Shown here one piece after another: positions 1-9,786 of a stretch of DNA of 64,000 bases. Source of the stretch: Spirulina sp. GTDB lineage: Bacteria > Cyanobacteriota > Cyanobacteriia > Phormidesmidales > Phormidesmidaceae. The position numbers were made by a program, and so were the translations under genes. Location: the NCBI GenBank assembly GCA_044070495.1, contig JBIPSI010000001.1, positions 228,665 to 292,664 of the forward strand, read 5' to 3'. Under the pieces are notes generated by a model. That model was not told the DNA's origin, searched no databases, and saw only the letters and a list, made by a program, of their open reading frames with translations. Each line of letters starts with the position of its first letter. The stretch's first letter is position 1.

Positions 1-65
1 GTGGTCAGGGTGAGGACGAGGGCCAAACTGGTCAAACTGGTGAAGAGAAGATGTCTCAGCTTCAT
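1..65 (-). CDS. 5' end of a gene running off the window (MKLRHLLFTSLTSLALVLTLT...), signal-peptide-like; possibly third gene of the copper operon
   Basis: ATG at 65 on the minus strand with an AAGGAA SD-like motif upstream; basic-then-hydrophobic N-terminus; co-oriented downstream of copA. Confidence 0.6.
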   Translation of the reverse strand, partial: MKLRHLLFTSLTSLALVLTLT

Positions 66-121
66 GGGGATGTTCCTTGAAGAATGAGGTTGAGGCGGGG
101 GAGATGGCCAATGCAACGTTG

Positions 122-179
122 AAAATTCAAAATTCAAAATTCAAAGTTTTGCCTTTTGCCTTTTGAATTGAATTTTGCC
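122..179. repeat. Heptamer short tandem repeats (AAAATTC x3 facing TTTTGCC/TTTTGAA), STRR-like, can fold back
   Basis: Read directly, just 3' of the copA stop. Confidence 0.8.
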
Positions 180-185
180 TTCCCC

Positions 186-2438
186 CTACCCTTGCAACTT
201 GGGCTGAAAATTTCGCAATCTCAGGGCATTGGTGACCACGGAAACCGAGCTAAAGGCCATGGCGGCTCCGGCGATAATGGGGTTGAGCAGCCAGCCAAGG
301 ATGGGATATAAAACGCCCGCTGCGATGGGGATTCCGGCCACGTTGTAGATGAAAGCGAAGAACAGGTTTTGGCGAATGTTGGCCATGGTGGCGCGGGAAA
401 GCTGGATGGCGGTGACGATGCCGTGCAGGTCGCCGGAGATCAGGGTGATGTCGCTGGCGGCGATGGCCACGTCAGTGCCGGTGCCGATGGCCATACCCAC
501 ATCGGCCTGGGCTAGGGCGGGGGCGTCGTTAATGCCATCGCCCACCATGGCCACCAGTTTGCCTTCCCGTTGCAGGCGTTCCACCTGGGCCGCTTTTTGG
601 TCGGGGCGCACCTCGGCAAAGACGCGGCTAATGCCGACTTCCTGGGCAATGGCCTCGGCGGTGCGGCGGTTGTCTCCGGTCAGCATCACCACCTCTAGGC
701 CCATGCGTTGCAGGGTGGCAATGGCGGCGGCAGAGGAGGGTTTGACCGCGTCGGCAATGGCCATCAGGGCCTCGATTTGGCCATCCACCGCCAGCCACAC
801 CACGGTGCGGCCTAGAGATTCTAGCCTGTCCCACTGGGACTTTAGTTGATCCGTGGCCAGGCCCATCTCCTGCATCCAGCGGTGGGTGCCGAGGTGTACC
901 CGCTGCCCTGCGACCATGCCTTGAACCCCGCTGCCTGCCACGGCTTCAAAGTCTTGGGGGTCTTCTAGGGTTACGCCTTGGGCCTGGGCGTAGTTGACCA
1001 CCGCCTCGGCTAGGGGATGCTCGGAGTTGCGCTCCAAGGACCCCGCTAACTTCAGGAGGTGCAGCTCGGTGGCGGTGCCATTAACAGTGACATAGTCGGT
1101 TACGGTGGGCTGGCCCTGGGTAATCGTCCCAGTTTTGTCGAGCACAATGGTCTGGATTTTATGGGCTAGCTCTAGGCTGTCGGCCCCTTTGATCAAAATG
1201 CCGTTCTCGGCCCCCTTGCCCGTACCTACCATGATCGACGTTGGCGTCGCTAAACCCAGGGCGCAGGGGCAGGCAATAATCAGCACGCCCACGGTGGGAA
1301 TCAGCGCCATGGTGACGTTGCCCATCACGTTGTACCAAAGGATGAAGGTGAGAATGGCGATGGCAATCACCGCTGGCACAAACCAGGCCGTCACCCGATC
1401 CGCCAGCTTTTGAATCGGTGCTTTCGACCCCTGAGCCTGCTGCACCAGTTTGACGATCTGAGCCAGGAAGGTATCCTTGCCGACGCGGGTGGCCCGGAAT
1501 TTGAAGCTGCCCGTTTTGTTCAGCGTTGCCCCAATCACCTCATCGCCCACGGTCTTTTGGACGGGCACACTTTCCCCGGTCACCATGGCCTCGTCCAGGG
1601 TGGAGGATCCGTCGATGATTTCGCCATCCACGGGAATTTTTTCCCCAGGCCGTACCAGCACCACATCGCCCAGCACCACCTCAGCAATGGGAATGTCGTA
1701 CTCGCGGCCCTCGCGAATCACCCGTGCGGTTTTGGCTTGCAGGCCCATCAGCTTACGAATGGCTTCAGAGGTTTGGCCCTTGGCCCGGTTTTCTAGCAGG
1801 CGGCCTAGCAAAATCAGGGCAATAATCACCGCAGCGGCCTCAAAATACACATCCGGGGCCAACCCCTGGTCGATGAACCACTGGGGATACAGCGTGGGAA
1901 ACAGGGAATAGAGAAACGCCGTGCCCGTGCCCACCGCCACCAGCGTATCCATGGTGGCGGAGCGGCGCTTGAAGGCTTTCCAAGCGTTGATGAAAAAGCC
2001 ATTGCCTGCCCAGAGCATGACGGGTGTCGTCAAGACCAACTGCAACCAAGGGTTGTGCATCCACATCGGAATGAAGGGAATTGGCAGACCCGTCATCATC
2101 GGCAGCGAACCCACCACCAAAATGCCACCCACCCCCAGACTAAACACCGCCTTGCGGGTAAGCTGGCGGTTCTCAGCCTCTCGCTCCCGCCGTTCGGCAT
2201 CGTCCTCGGCGGCCAAGGGGTCTTCGCTGATCGGATGGGCACCGTAGCCCGCTTCATCCACCGCTGCCTGAATGTGGGTGAGGTTGGTTTGGTGGGGGTC
2301 GTAGGAGACCATCGCCTGCCCGGCCCCAAAGTTGACATTGCACACCTCCACACCGGGCACGGCACGAATGGCTGTTTCAATGTTGCTGGCACAGGCGGCG
2401 CAGCTCATGCCTCGCAGTTTAAGGACTTGGTTTTGCAT
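186..2438 (-). CDS. copA: Cu(I)-translocating P1B-type ATPase (CopA/PacS-like)
   Basis: N-terminal [36 protein letters not shown] and MAFSS motifs; start placed at MQNQVLK. Confidence 0.95.
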   Translation of the reverse strand: MQNQVLKLRGMSCAACASNIETAIRAVPGVEVCNVNFGAGQAMVSYDPHQTNLTHIQAAVDEAGYGAHPISEDPLAAEDDAERREREAENRQLTRKAVFSLGVGGILVVGSLPMMTGLPIPFIPMWMHNPWLQLVLTTPVMLWAGNGFFINAWKAFKRRSATMDTLVAVGTGTAFLYSLFPTLYPQWFIDQGLAPDVYFEAAAVIIALILLGRLLENRAKGQTSEAIRKLMGLQAKTARVIREGREYDIPIAEVVLGDVVLVRPGEKIPVDGEIIDGSSTLDEAMVTGESVPVQKTVGDEVIGATLNKTGSFKFRATRVGKDTFLAQIVKLVQQAQGSKAPIQKLADRVTAWFVPAVIAIAILTFILWYNVMGNVTMALIPTVGVLIIACPCALGLATPTSIMVGTGKGAENGILIKGADSLELAHKIQTIVLDKTGTITQGQPTVTDYVTVNGTATELHLLKLAGSLERNSEHPLAEAVVNYAQAQGVTLEDPQDFEAVAGSGVQGMVAGQRVHLGTHRWMQEMGLATDQLKSQWDRLESLGRTVVWLAVDGQIEALMAIADAVKPSSAAAIATLQRMGLEVVMLTGDNRRTAEAIAQEVGISRVFAEVRPDQKAAQVERLQREGKLVAMVGDGINDAPALAQADVGMAIGTGTDVAIAASDITLISGDLHGIVTAIQLSRATMANIRQNLFFAFIYNVAGIPIAAGVLYPILGWLLNPIIAGAAMAFSSVSVVTNALRLRNFQPKLQG

Positions 2439-2569
2439 CGATAGCCTCCTGATTGGGAGCAACGGATTGAGATCAACCGCTGATCGGGATCAATTGACAG
2501 CCTCTTGATCGGGATTGATTCATGGCTGATTCATGGCTGGGCGGAACCCATCGCTGAACGACGATAGGG

Positions 2570-2764
2570 CTAGGCCACGGTGTAGCCAGCGTCGATAATG
2601 GCCTGCTTGATCGCCGCTTCAGGGGACTCGGTCGTGACGTTGACCTGCTTGGTTTTGGGGTCGGCGTTAACCTGGGCTGTGGCATCCACGGCTTGAACCG
2701 CCTTGGTTACGGTCTCTACACAGGCAGAACAGGCCAGGTTGGGAACGGTGAAGGAAAGGGGCAT
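2570..2764 (-). CDS. copZ: Copper chaperone (CopZ/Atx1-like HMA protein)
   Basis: 64 aa, LACSAC metal motif, C-terminal AGY; directly upstream of copA. Confidence 0.9.
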   Translation of the reverse strand: MPLSFTVPNLACSACVETVTKAVQAVDATAQVNADPKTKQVNVTTESPEAAIKQAIIDAGYTVA

Positions 2765-2794
2765 CGGTAGACCTTGGAAATCGTTGCTAGGTCT

Positions 2795-2826
2795 ATCCTG
2801 AAGTCTCTAGTTAACTAGAGGGTCAA
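2795..2826 (-). promoter_or_regulatory. MerR-family-type promoter/operator for copZ-copA
   Basis: -35 TTGACC (2826-2821), 20-bp spacer holding a perfect 16-bp palindrome CTCTAGTTAACTAGAG (2805-2820), -10-like CAGGAT. Confidence 0.75.
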
Positions 2827-2887
2827 GGGGGTATGCAACTTGCGTTGTCGGCGCTGCGGGATCAACGCATAAACGGTATCCATCGAT

Positions 2888-2920
2888 CCCTATAGAGGCC
2901 CTATAGAGGCCCTATAGAGG
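2888..2920. repeat. Tandem repeat CCCTATAGAGG x3
   Basis: Three exact 11-bp copies. Confidence 0.9.
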
Positions 2921-3125
2921 CGAGGTCTTCTCGCCTGCTGAGGCCGGGGGTAAACCAGCCGGATGGCGTGTAAAGAAATGTCGCGAGGGATTTCTCTCCC
3001 AGGGCAGGGGATAGGGAGGATGGCGGTTTGCTACAGTAACTCCACAACCGATTAAACACCGCTGACCTAGGGCGCACTGTGGCCGCAGATCACGCGGCGA
3101 TAGAAAACGTAACCACACCGAAACC

Positions 3126-4643
3126 ATGACCGCAAACTACATCATGGCCCTGGACTTGGGAACCACGGGCAATCGAGCGATTATTTTTGATCGCGACGGC
3201 ACCATTGTGGGCCAAGCCTACCGGGAACTCACCCAGTACTACCCGCAGCCCGGATGGGTGGAGCACAATGCGCGGGAAATTTGGGACGAAATCGACTGGG
3301 CCATGGGTTCCGCCATTTCTAAGGCCAAACTTAGCCCCAAGGACATTGCCGCCATTGGCCTAACGGTGCAGCGGGAAACCTGTTTGCTTTGGGATAGTGC
3401 CACCGGACGCCCCCTTTCCAACGCTATTGTCTGGCAGGATCGGCGCACCGCCCCCCTATGCAACGCCCTGCGAGAGGCGGGTAAGGCCGAGGAGATCTAC
3501 GAGCGCACGGGCCTGGTGCTAGATGCCTACTTTTCTGCCACCAAACTAGCTTGGCTGCTCGAACAGGCCAGAAAAGAGGCCGATCCCCCCGTAGACTTTG
3601 ACCAAGTGCTGGCCGGAACCGTGGATAGCTGGGTGCTGTGGAACCTCACCGGGCGGAAAGTTCACGCCACCGACCACAGCAACGCCAGCCGCACCATGCT
3701 GCTCAACATCGCCAGCGGACAGTGGGACGACACCCTGCTGGATCTATTTGGCATTCCGCCCCACCTGATGCCGCGCATTGGCCCCAGCGTTGGCCTGTTT
3801 GGCTATACCGATCCCGACCTGCTGGGGGTGGAAATTCCCGTGGCGGCGATTTTTGGTGACCAGCAAGCCGCCCTCTACGGCCATGGCTGCGACCGTCCGG
3901 GGCTGCTGAAATGCACCTACGGCACCGGGGCGTTCCTGGTGGCCCACACCGGAGATGAGGTGGTGCGTTCCCAACATCAATTGCTGTCTACCGTAGCCTG
4001 GTCTAAGGCTCAACCGGAGGTCAAACAGCCCCACATCGGCTACGCCATCGAAGGCAGTATGTTCACCGCCGGGGCCTGTATCCAGTGGCTACGGGACGGT
4101 ATTCAGGTAATCTCCAGCGCGGCGGAAACCGAGATTTTGGCCCAGGGGGTAGCCGACAACGGCGGCGTTTACTTTGTCCCCGCCCTCAGTGGCCTGGGTG
4201 CCCCCCACTGGGACATGAGCGCCAGGGGAGCCTTCCTGGGCCTAACCGGCGGCGTCAAGCGTGAACATATGGTGCGGGCGGTCTTGGAAGCTATCGCCTA
4301 CGAAGTCAAGGAAGTGGTGGACGCCGTCAACCAAGACTCTGGCACCCCCATTCGCCAGCTTAAGGTGGATGGCGGAGCCTGCAACAATGATTTCCTCATG
4401 CAGCTTCAGGCCGATGTACTGGGCATTCCCGTGGAACGACCCCAGGTGCTCGACGTGACCGCCCAGGGGGCCGCCTTTGCCGCTGGCCTCGCCGTAGGCT
4501 TTTGGGACGACTACCACGCCCTCGTGGACAGTCGCCCCATCGACCGTATCTTTGAACCCGGTATCGGGCAAACTCAGGCCCAAGACCATTTCCAGCAATG
4601 GCTGCGGGCCGTAGAACGGGCCAAGGGCTGGATTGAGGACTGA
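3126..4643 (+). CDS. glpK: Glycerol kinase
   Basis: DLGTTG, QRET, WQDRRT, DAYFSATK, TDHSNASRT, GDQQAA, KCTYGTG, VDGG motifs (FGGY family). Confidence 0.95.
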   Translation: MTANYIMALDLGTTGNRAIIFDRDGTIVGQAYRELTQYYPQPGWVEHNAREIWDEIDWAMGSAISKAKLSPKDIAAIGLTVQRETCLLWDSATGRPLSNAIVWQDRRTAPLCNALREAGKAEEIYERTGLVLDAYFSATKLAWLLEQARKEADPPVDFDQVLAGTVDSWVLWNLTGRKVHATDHSNASRTMLLNIASGQWDDTLLDLFGIPPHLMPRIGPSVGLFGYTDPDLLGVEIPVAAIFGDQQAALYGHGCDRPGLLKCTYGTGAFLVAHTGDEVVRSQHQLLSTVAWSKAQPEVKQPHIGYAIEGSMFTAGACIQWLRDGIQVISSAAETEILAQGVADNGGVYFVPALSGLGAPHWDMSARGAFLGLTGGVKREHMVRAVLEAIAYEVKEVVDAVNQDSGTPIRQLKVDGGACNNDFLMQLQADVLGIPVERPQVLDVTAQGAAFAAGLAVGFWDDYHALVDSRPIDRIFEPGIGQTQAQDHFQQWLRAVERAKGWIED

Positions 4644-4652
4644 TCTCGATCT

Positions 4653-4774
4653 GGCTGACTGACACAACGCCGAAAAGCATCGATCCCTCGTAGGTTGGGT
4701 GGCGCGATAGCAGAACCCAACCAGCCCAAAATCCTCGGTGAGTGTTGGGTTCCGCTTCGCTGCACCCAACCTAC
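4653..4774. repeat. GTAG-type REP pair (REPIN-like), with a homologous inverted copy at 29025-29092
   Basis: GTAG+hairpin at 4690-4721 and inverted partner ending CTAC at 4744-4774; 4690-4721 is the exact reverse complement of 29025-29056. Confidence 0.85.
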
Positions 4775-4828
4775 TAGCGCGTCAGATCTAAAACGCTGGG
4801 TCTGATTTCTCTGACAAAGGCTCTGGGT

Positions 4829-4879
4829 GGTGCATTGCTTCGCGTTGACGCAGTCTCGCCCTGGCGTTATGCACCCTAC
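4829..4879. repeat. ~52-bp GTAG-REP-type dispersed repeat (other copies at 61354-61405 and 62907-62958)
   Basis: GGTGCATTGCTTCGCGTTGACG...GGCGTTATGCACCCTAC, near-identical in three places. Confidence 0.85.
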
Positions 4880-4910
4880 AAATCCCAACCCTTCGCAGGA
4901 CAGGGTGATC

Positions 4911-5879
4911 TTAAGCGGATCGGTTCGCGTAGGCGGTCATGGGTTCTTTGATGTAGCGAATGTAGAGGTGCTTGAAGGTGGATCGCACCACCCTGGGCAT
5001 CCCAAAGTCGATGGGGAGCAGTTGATCCGGCAGTCGCCAGTCGGCTAGGCGCAGGTCGGCGGGGGCGAGGTGGGGAAACGTCAGGTCTTCCCAGGCGGGG
5101 CAATAGCCGAGGCGCAGGGATTGGGCCACCGTGGGCACCGTTTCGACCTCCACTCCCAAGATCTCCACCATGGCCCGATCCACGGCAAACACGTCGGCGC
5201 TAGCGGCCAATACCCCCAGTTCCCTCGGATCGCCACCGCTGGGGCCGTTGCCCTCATGGCCCAAGATGCCATCGACGATGGTGAGGGCAGGGCTAATCAG
5301 TCGGGCAGTTTCCACCAGCATGGTGCCAAAGCGCTCCACATCCTTACCCGCCTCCATGTGCCACCAGGCTTTCATTTTGCCGGGAACGCAGCCAAACAGG
5401 TTTTTGACCCCCAGGGTGAGGGTGAGCTGGGCGTGGGATTTCACCTTGGGCAGGTTGATCACCACATCCGCCTCCATCGCTTCCTTGGAGAGACGCAGGT
5501 GGTCAAACTCTGGGTTGTCCGTGGCGTAGCGATGGCCATGCAGTTCCACAATCGGCAGATGGAGTTCTTGGGCCAGGGGCAGCAGCCCATTGGCCTTGGC
5601 TACGCCGTGGGCTGTCCCAAAGGCAGGGCTATCCCCCAGAAAGGGCTTGCCGCCCGCCTCCTGAACCATCTGCGCCACCACGTAGACGACCTCTGGCCGC
5701 GTGGTGCATTCCTGGGTGGGGCGTGCCCCCGTGAGCAGATTGGGCTTCAGCAGCACCCGATCCCCTGGTTTTACAAACTGGGCCATACCGCCGAGGGGGG
5801 CCAGCAGGGCTTCCATCGACTGCCGCAGGGCTACCCGATCATAGGACTGGGCACGAATAAGACTCACGGGAACCGACAT
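4911..5879 (-). CDS. DUF362 domain protein
   Basis: VLLKPN, TTRPEVV, INLPKVKSH, TLGVKNLFG, EGNGP motifs. Confidence 0.85.
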   Translation of the reverse strand: MSVPVSLIRAQSYDRVALRQSMEALLAPLGGMAQFVKPGDRVLLKPNLLTGARPTQECTTRPEVVYVVAQMVQEAGGKPFLGDSPAFGTAHGVAKANGLLPLAQELHLPIVELHGHRYATDNPEFDHLRLSKEAMEADVVINLPKVKSHAQLTLTLGVKNLFGCVPGKMKAWWHMEAGKDVERFGTMLVETARLISPALTIVDGILGHEGNGPSGGDPRELGVLAASADVFAVDRAMVEILGVEVETVPTVAQSLRLGYCPAWEDLTFPHLAPADLRLADWRLPDQLLPIDFGMPRVVRSTFKHLYIRYIKEPMTAYANRSA

Positions 5880-6153
5880 CGGCATTATCCTTTCTGCGTA
5901 GGGTTAGTCTACTGATTACCATAGCGCGATTGACCCCACGGTCTGGCCCAGGGCGGCGGGTCATGCTACGGCTTACCCAGTTGTGGTAGACAGTTGTGGT
6001 AGACAATGTACATCGTCCTTTGATCCGGTAGCGGGCACAACGAATCTACGGCGGGCTTTAGGGCCGATCACGGGCTAGGCTATGGGGTAGTAGAATGGGC
6101 CTGTAATGGCCTATTCTTCAGTCAAGGTGAGTGGCGCAGTTTAGGGAGAGGCT

Positions 6154-7332
6154 ATGGAAGTTGCCACCGATACTTTAGGCCAAGATCGGGTGCCGCTAAA
6201 GTTTTTGCTGTTTATCGATAAGCGCCCAAGCTTGGCGAAGCAGGTGCAGCACATTCGGCAATATCTCAAGACCCTAGAGAGTCGGTTTCAGTTTCACCTC
6301 GATGTGATTGATATCGGTGAACACCCCTACCTCGCCGAACATTACAAACTGATGGCAAGTCCATCCTTAGTCAAGGTGTCGCCACCGCCGCAGCAACTTT
6401 TGGCCGGAAGTGACATTGTCAGCCAACTAGAGCATTGGTGGCCTCGCTGGCAGCAAGATTACCAGGCCCCTCCGGCGGGGGGAGATTCCTTCTTAGAAGA
6501 CAGTCCCATCTCCCTGGCGGCGGCAGAGGGTGACGACCCCTTAACCCACTCGGCGGAATTGATCAAACTCTCCGATGAAATTTTCCGCCTTAATCAAATC
6601 AAAGACGAGCTAGAGGCCCAACTGCGCTTCAAAGATCGCATCATTGCCATGATGGCCCACGATCTACGCAACCCCCTCACCGCGGCCTCCATCGCCATCG
6701 AAACCCTCGAACTGGGCTATGCCCCCAACCAAATCCGCAAGGTCAGCCTCAGTCCTGAGCTAACGGGCCAACTGCTGAAGCACGCCAAAACCCAGGTGCG
6801 GGCCATTAACCGCATGATCACCGACATCCTCAAAACCGCTAGGGGCGCGGCCATCGAGCACCAGATCTATCCCCAGGAATTGAATTTGATGGATCTCTGC
6901 GAAACCGTGGTGGTGGAGGTGCAGGATCGCCTCCAGGCCAAGTCCCTCCAGCTTGTCACCGAGCTTCCCAAGGACATGCCCCCGGTCTATGCCGATGGCA
7001 GCCAGATCAAACGGGTGATTACCAACCTGCTCGACAATGCCATTAAGTACACGCCCGAAGGCGGCACCGTTTCCCTCACGGCCCTGCATCGCACCACCCA
7101 AAAGGTGCAGGTGGGGGTGATCGACACGGGGCCGGGGATTCCCGCCGAAAACCGCGACACCATCTTTGAGGAAAGCTTTCGGCTCCAGCGCGACACCACC
7201 CAGGAGGGCTACGGCCTAGGACTGGCCCTGTGCCAACGCATCATTCGCGCCCACTATGGCCAAATTTGGGTGGATTCTGTCCCCGGTGAAGGCAGCGCCT
7301 TTTACTTCACGCTGCCCGTCTATCGAGCCTAG
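6154..7332 (+). CDS. sasA: Circadian output sensor histidine kinase SasA (KaiB-like N-terminus + HisKA + HATPase)
   Basis: KaiB-like thioredoxin-fold N-terminus ending WWPRWQ; AHDLRNPL H-box; NLLDNAIKY, DTGPG, GYGLGL boxes. Confidence 0.9.
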   Translation: MEVATDTLGQDRVPLKFLLFIDKRPSLAKQVQHIRQYLKTLESRFQFHLDVIDIGEHPYLAEHYKLMASPSLVKVSPPPQQLLAGSDIVSQLEHWWPRWQQDYQAPPAGGDSFLEDSPISLAAAEGDDPLTHSAELIKLSDEIFRLNQIKDELEAQLRFKDRIIAMMAHDLRNPLTAASIAIETLELGYAPNQIRKVSLSPELTGQLLKHAKTQVRAINRMITDILKTARGAAIEHQIYPQELNLMDLCETVVVEVQDRLQAKSLQLVTELPKDMPPVYADGSQIKRVITNLLDNAIKYTPEGGTVSLTALHRTTQKVQVGVIDTGPGIPAENRDTIFEESFRLQRDTTQEGYGLGLALCQRIIRAHYGQIWVDSVPGEGSAFYFTLPVYRA

Positions 7333-7991
7333 GCCCGATCTAGGACGGTACCGATCAGGCAGACTCCGGTCAGGGTGGCTCCCTCTAGGCGGGTTTGGCT
7401 GAGATTGGCGCAGAGCAGGTTGGCTCCGGTCAGGGAGGCTCCAGCTAGGTTGGCTTGGCGTAGATCGGCCTCCTCTAGGTTGGCGTTGTCTAGCCTTGCC
7501 CCTTGCAGGTCGGCCCCCGACAGATCCGCCCCCTTCAGGTTGACCTCACTGAGGTTGGCCCCCCGCAGGTCGGCCCCCCGCAGATCGACCCCTTGCAGGT
7601 TCACCCCCGTTAGGGTGCAGCCATTCAGGAAGGCTCCGGCCAAGCTGCCGCCGCCAAACCGTGCTCCCATCAGATTGGCCCCCCGCAGGTTAGCCCCCCG
7701 CAGGTCGGCCCCACTCAGATCACACTGCATTAGGTTGGCTCCCCACAGGCTGGCCCGTAGATCGGCCCCGATGAGACTAGCTCCCATCAGGTTGGCCCCT
7801 TCCAGGTGGGCCTTGGCCAGGTTGGTGCGGCTGAGGTTGGCCCCCACTAAGCTGGCCCCCGGCAGGTGGATTCCGGCCAGATCGGCCCCAGCGAGATCTT
7901 CATCGGCCAGGTCGGCCCCCGGCAGGTGGCGCAGCTTTCCGGCCTTGAGGGCCGCCAGATCAAGGGAGTCGGTGGGCACGGGGGAAATCAC
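7329..7991 (-). CDS. Pentapeptide repeat protein
   Basis: Continuous A(D/N)Lxx repeats. Confidence 0.9.
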   Translation of the reverse strand: MISPVPTDSLDLAALKAGKLRHLPGADLADEDLAGADLAGIHLPGASLVGANLSRTNLAKAHLEGANLMGASLIGADLRASLWGANLMQCDLSGADLRGANLRGANLMGARFGGGSLAGAFLNGCTLTGVNLQGVDLRGADLRGANLSEVNLKGADLSGADLQGARLDNANLEEADLRQANLAGASLTGANLLCANLSQTRLEGATLTGVCLIGTVLDRA

Positions 7992-8081
7992 TCAGAAACG
8001 ATGGATAAACAGCAGATTAGGGAAGCAGATGCGAGCAACCAGGCAGTCGGGCCACCGGAATGACCCAGCCCGGTACCGGGG

Positions 8082-9482
8082 CTAGGAGAACGCTGGTGAC
8101 GCAAAGACCGTTGTCGCATCCGCGACCTCAGGATTGAGCAACCCGGCTCCTAGGGTAATTCTAGTGGGAATGGAAGGTAGACTCATGCCCTGCTGCAACC
8201 CCATCACCATCAGGCCCAGCATTTCCACCAGTTTAGGATCCCAGCGCTGCCCCGCCTCTCGCTGGAAATCTGCCAACACCTCAGACAGAGCGGCCATGGC
8301 CTCGGTGGGGGATTGATCGGCCTCGGCGGTGGCTTGGCTGTGCCGTTTGAGGGCCACCTGGCGCTGAAACTCCGCCACCAGGGTCAACAGCCGCGACTCT
8401 AGGGGAATGCTGTCCCCAGCTAGTCCGGCGGGGTAGCCCTGGCCGTCCCAGCGCTCGCCTTGGTGGGTGATGATGGCGGCTATGGCCCGCATTCGGGGCA
8501 TCAATCGTAGCGCCTGGACCTCTTCCACGATGGGGCAACTGGGGCCATCGGCGGTGAGGGTGGGGCCATCGGCGGTGGGGGCAATGCGGTGCAGCATTCC
8601 GGCGAGACGCAACCGCTGAATTTGCCATGCGGGCAGATCCAACAGTTGGCCCATCATGTCTAGCAGGGCCACCACTTCGCTGGCCGCTAGGGGGTTGATG
8701 GGGTCGCTTAAATCCACCAGTTGGGCCATCCACAAAAAGGCTTGTAGCTCATTGGAGATCAGGTTTTGATCCAAATCCTCCACCAGGGGAAAGGCCATGC
8801 TGCCCTTCAGATCGTCGCGGCTGTTTTGCAAATACTGCACCACCTGGGTGACGGTACGGCCCACCGCGTTGGCATCGGGGCAGACCTGGGCCGGGGTTTG
8901 CTGACGAATGGCGGCCAATTGCGCGGCGAGCTGGGCCTGGAGGGTGGGATTGTATTGGCCCATGTGGTCGATGGCGAGTTCCACCGTTTGGCAGACCAGG
9001 GCGGCATCGAAGGTCCAAAAGCCGTAGAACTTGCGCTCTAGGTCGTTGCTGGGCATTCCGGCCTTGCCGTAGTCGGCGTCGGAAAGCTCCTGGCACAGCA
9101 CCATGGCGCTATACTCCGGCGAGAGAATCATCAGGTGCCATTCCTGGGCCACCGGATCGCCATCGGCTAAATCCACCAGGGCGACATTGGCCCGCTGGCT
9201 CGTGGGATGATCGTGAAAACCCGCCTCCGGGGAGGCCATAATCACAATCTGCTGGGCCTGATCGGCAATGGCGGCGTAGCGTTCCGCCTCCTCTAAGTAC
9301 CATTTCCCGCGCTGGAAGGCGGTCACCACCAGGGGAGCCGCCTCTGCCCCCAAAATGCAGTCCTCTAGGGCATGGCAGAGGGCGACCAACGTATTTTTGT
9401 AGTACACCCCATAATTGAGGGGAGTGGTCTCTGGCTCGGTGCGCCCAGCCACCAACCGTTGCAGTATTGACCCCTCCAGCAT
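8082..9482 (-). CDS. DICT sensory domain + degenerate HD-GYP-like domain protein
   Basis: DICT-like N-terminus (YKNTLVALCHALED, AFQRGKWY, QEWHL); C-terminal ERWDGQGYP/IPLESR, but the HD dyad reads LHRI. Confidence 0.75.
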   Translation of the reverse strand: MLEGSILQRLVAGRTEPETTPLNYGVYYKNTLVALCHALEDCILGAEAAPLVVTAFQRGKWYLEEAERYAAIADQAQQIVIMASPEAGFHDHPTSQRANVALVDLADGDPVAQEWHLMILSPEYSAMVLCQELSDADYGKAGMPSNDLERKFYGFWTFDAALVCQTVELAIDHMGQYNPTLQAQLAAQLAAIRQQTPAQVCPDANAVGRTVTQVVQYLQNSRDDLKGSMAFPLVEDLDQNLISNELQAFLWMAQLVDLSDPINPLAASEVVALLDMMGQLLDLPAWQIQRLRLAGMLHRIAPTADGPTLTADGPSCPIVEEVQALRLMPRMRAIAAIITHQGERWDGQGYPAGLAGDSIPLESRLLTLVAEFQRQVALKRHSQATAEADQSPTEAMAALSEVLADFQREAGQRWDPKLVEMLGLMVMGLQQGMSLPSIPTRITLGAGLLNPEVADATTVFASPAFS

Positions 9483-9786
9483 TGCAATCCTCGGTATACC
9501 CTATAAGTCTATGTAATCTGGATGATAACGCAGCTTGCGAGGCCACACCATAATCTGATGTTTCCGTCGATTCTTGCCATTCCCCGCAGGGTTGGATCGT
9601 GATCCCTGGGCTGACGTGATTTCATCTTTTTCCAAAAACCATGGGCCACAACAACCGCTACGGAAATCGTTACGAAAAGCGTTACTAAAACCGTAACTTC
9701 CGTCGCAGGAATCGCCCCACTCAGTACAGTGAGGATGACAACAACGAACGTAGACAGCCTTCCTGCTGTGGATGTGAGGTGACCCC

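Noticed and set aside
4829..4879. Integron attC site (GGCGTTATGC end)
   Set aside because: No RYYYAAC inverse core at the other end, no cassette array or integrase; the CTAC end fits REP
5070..5915. 281-aa antisense ORF (likewise 7375-8085, 17351-18076, 31590-32318, 60031-60738)
   Set aside because: Shadow frames of well-supported genes in GC-rich DNA; no motifs
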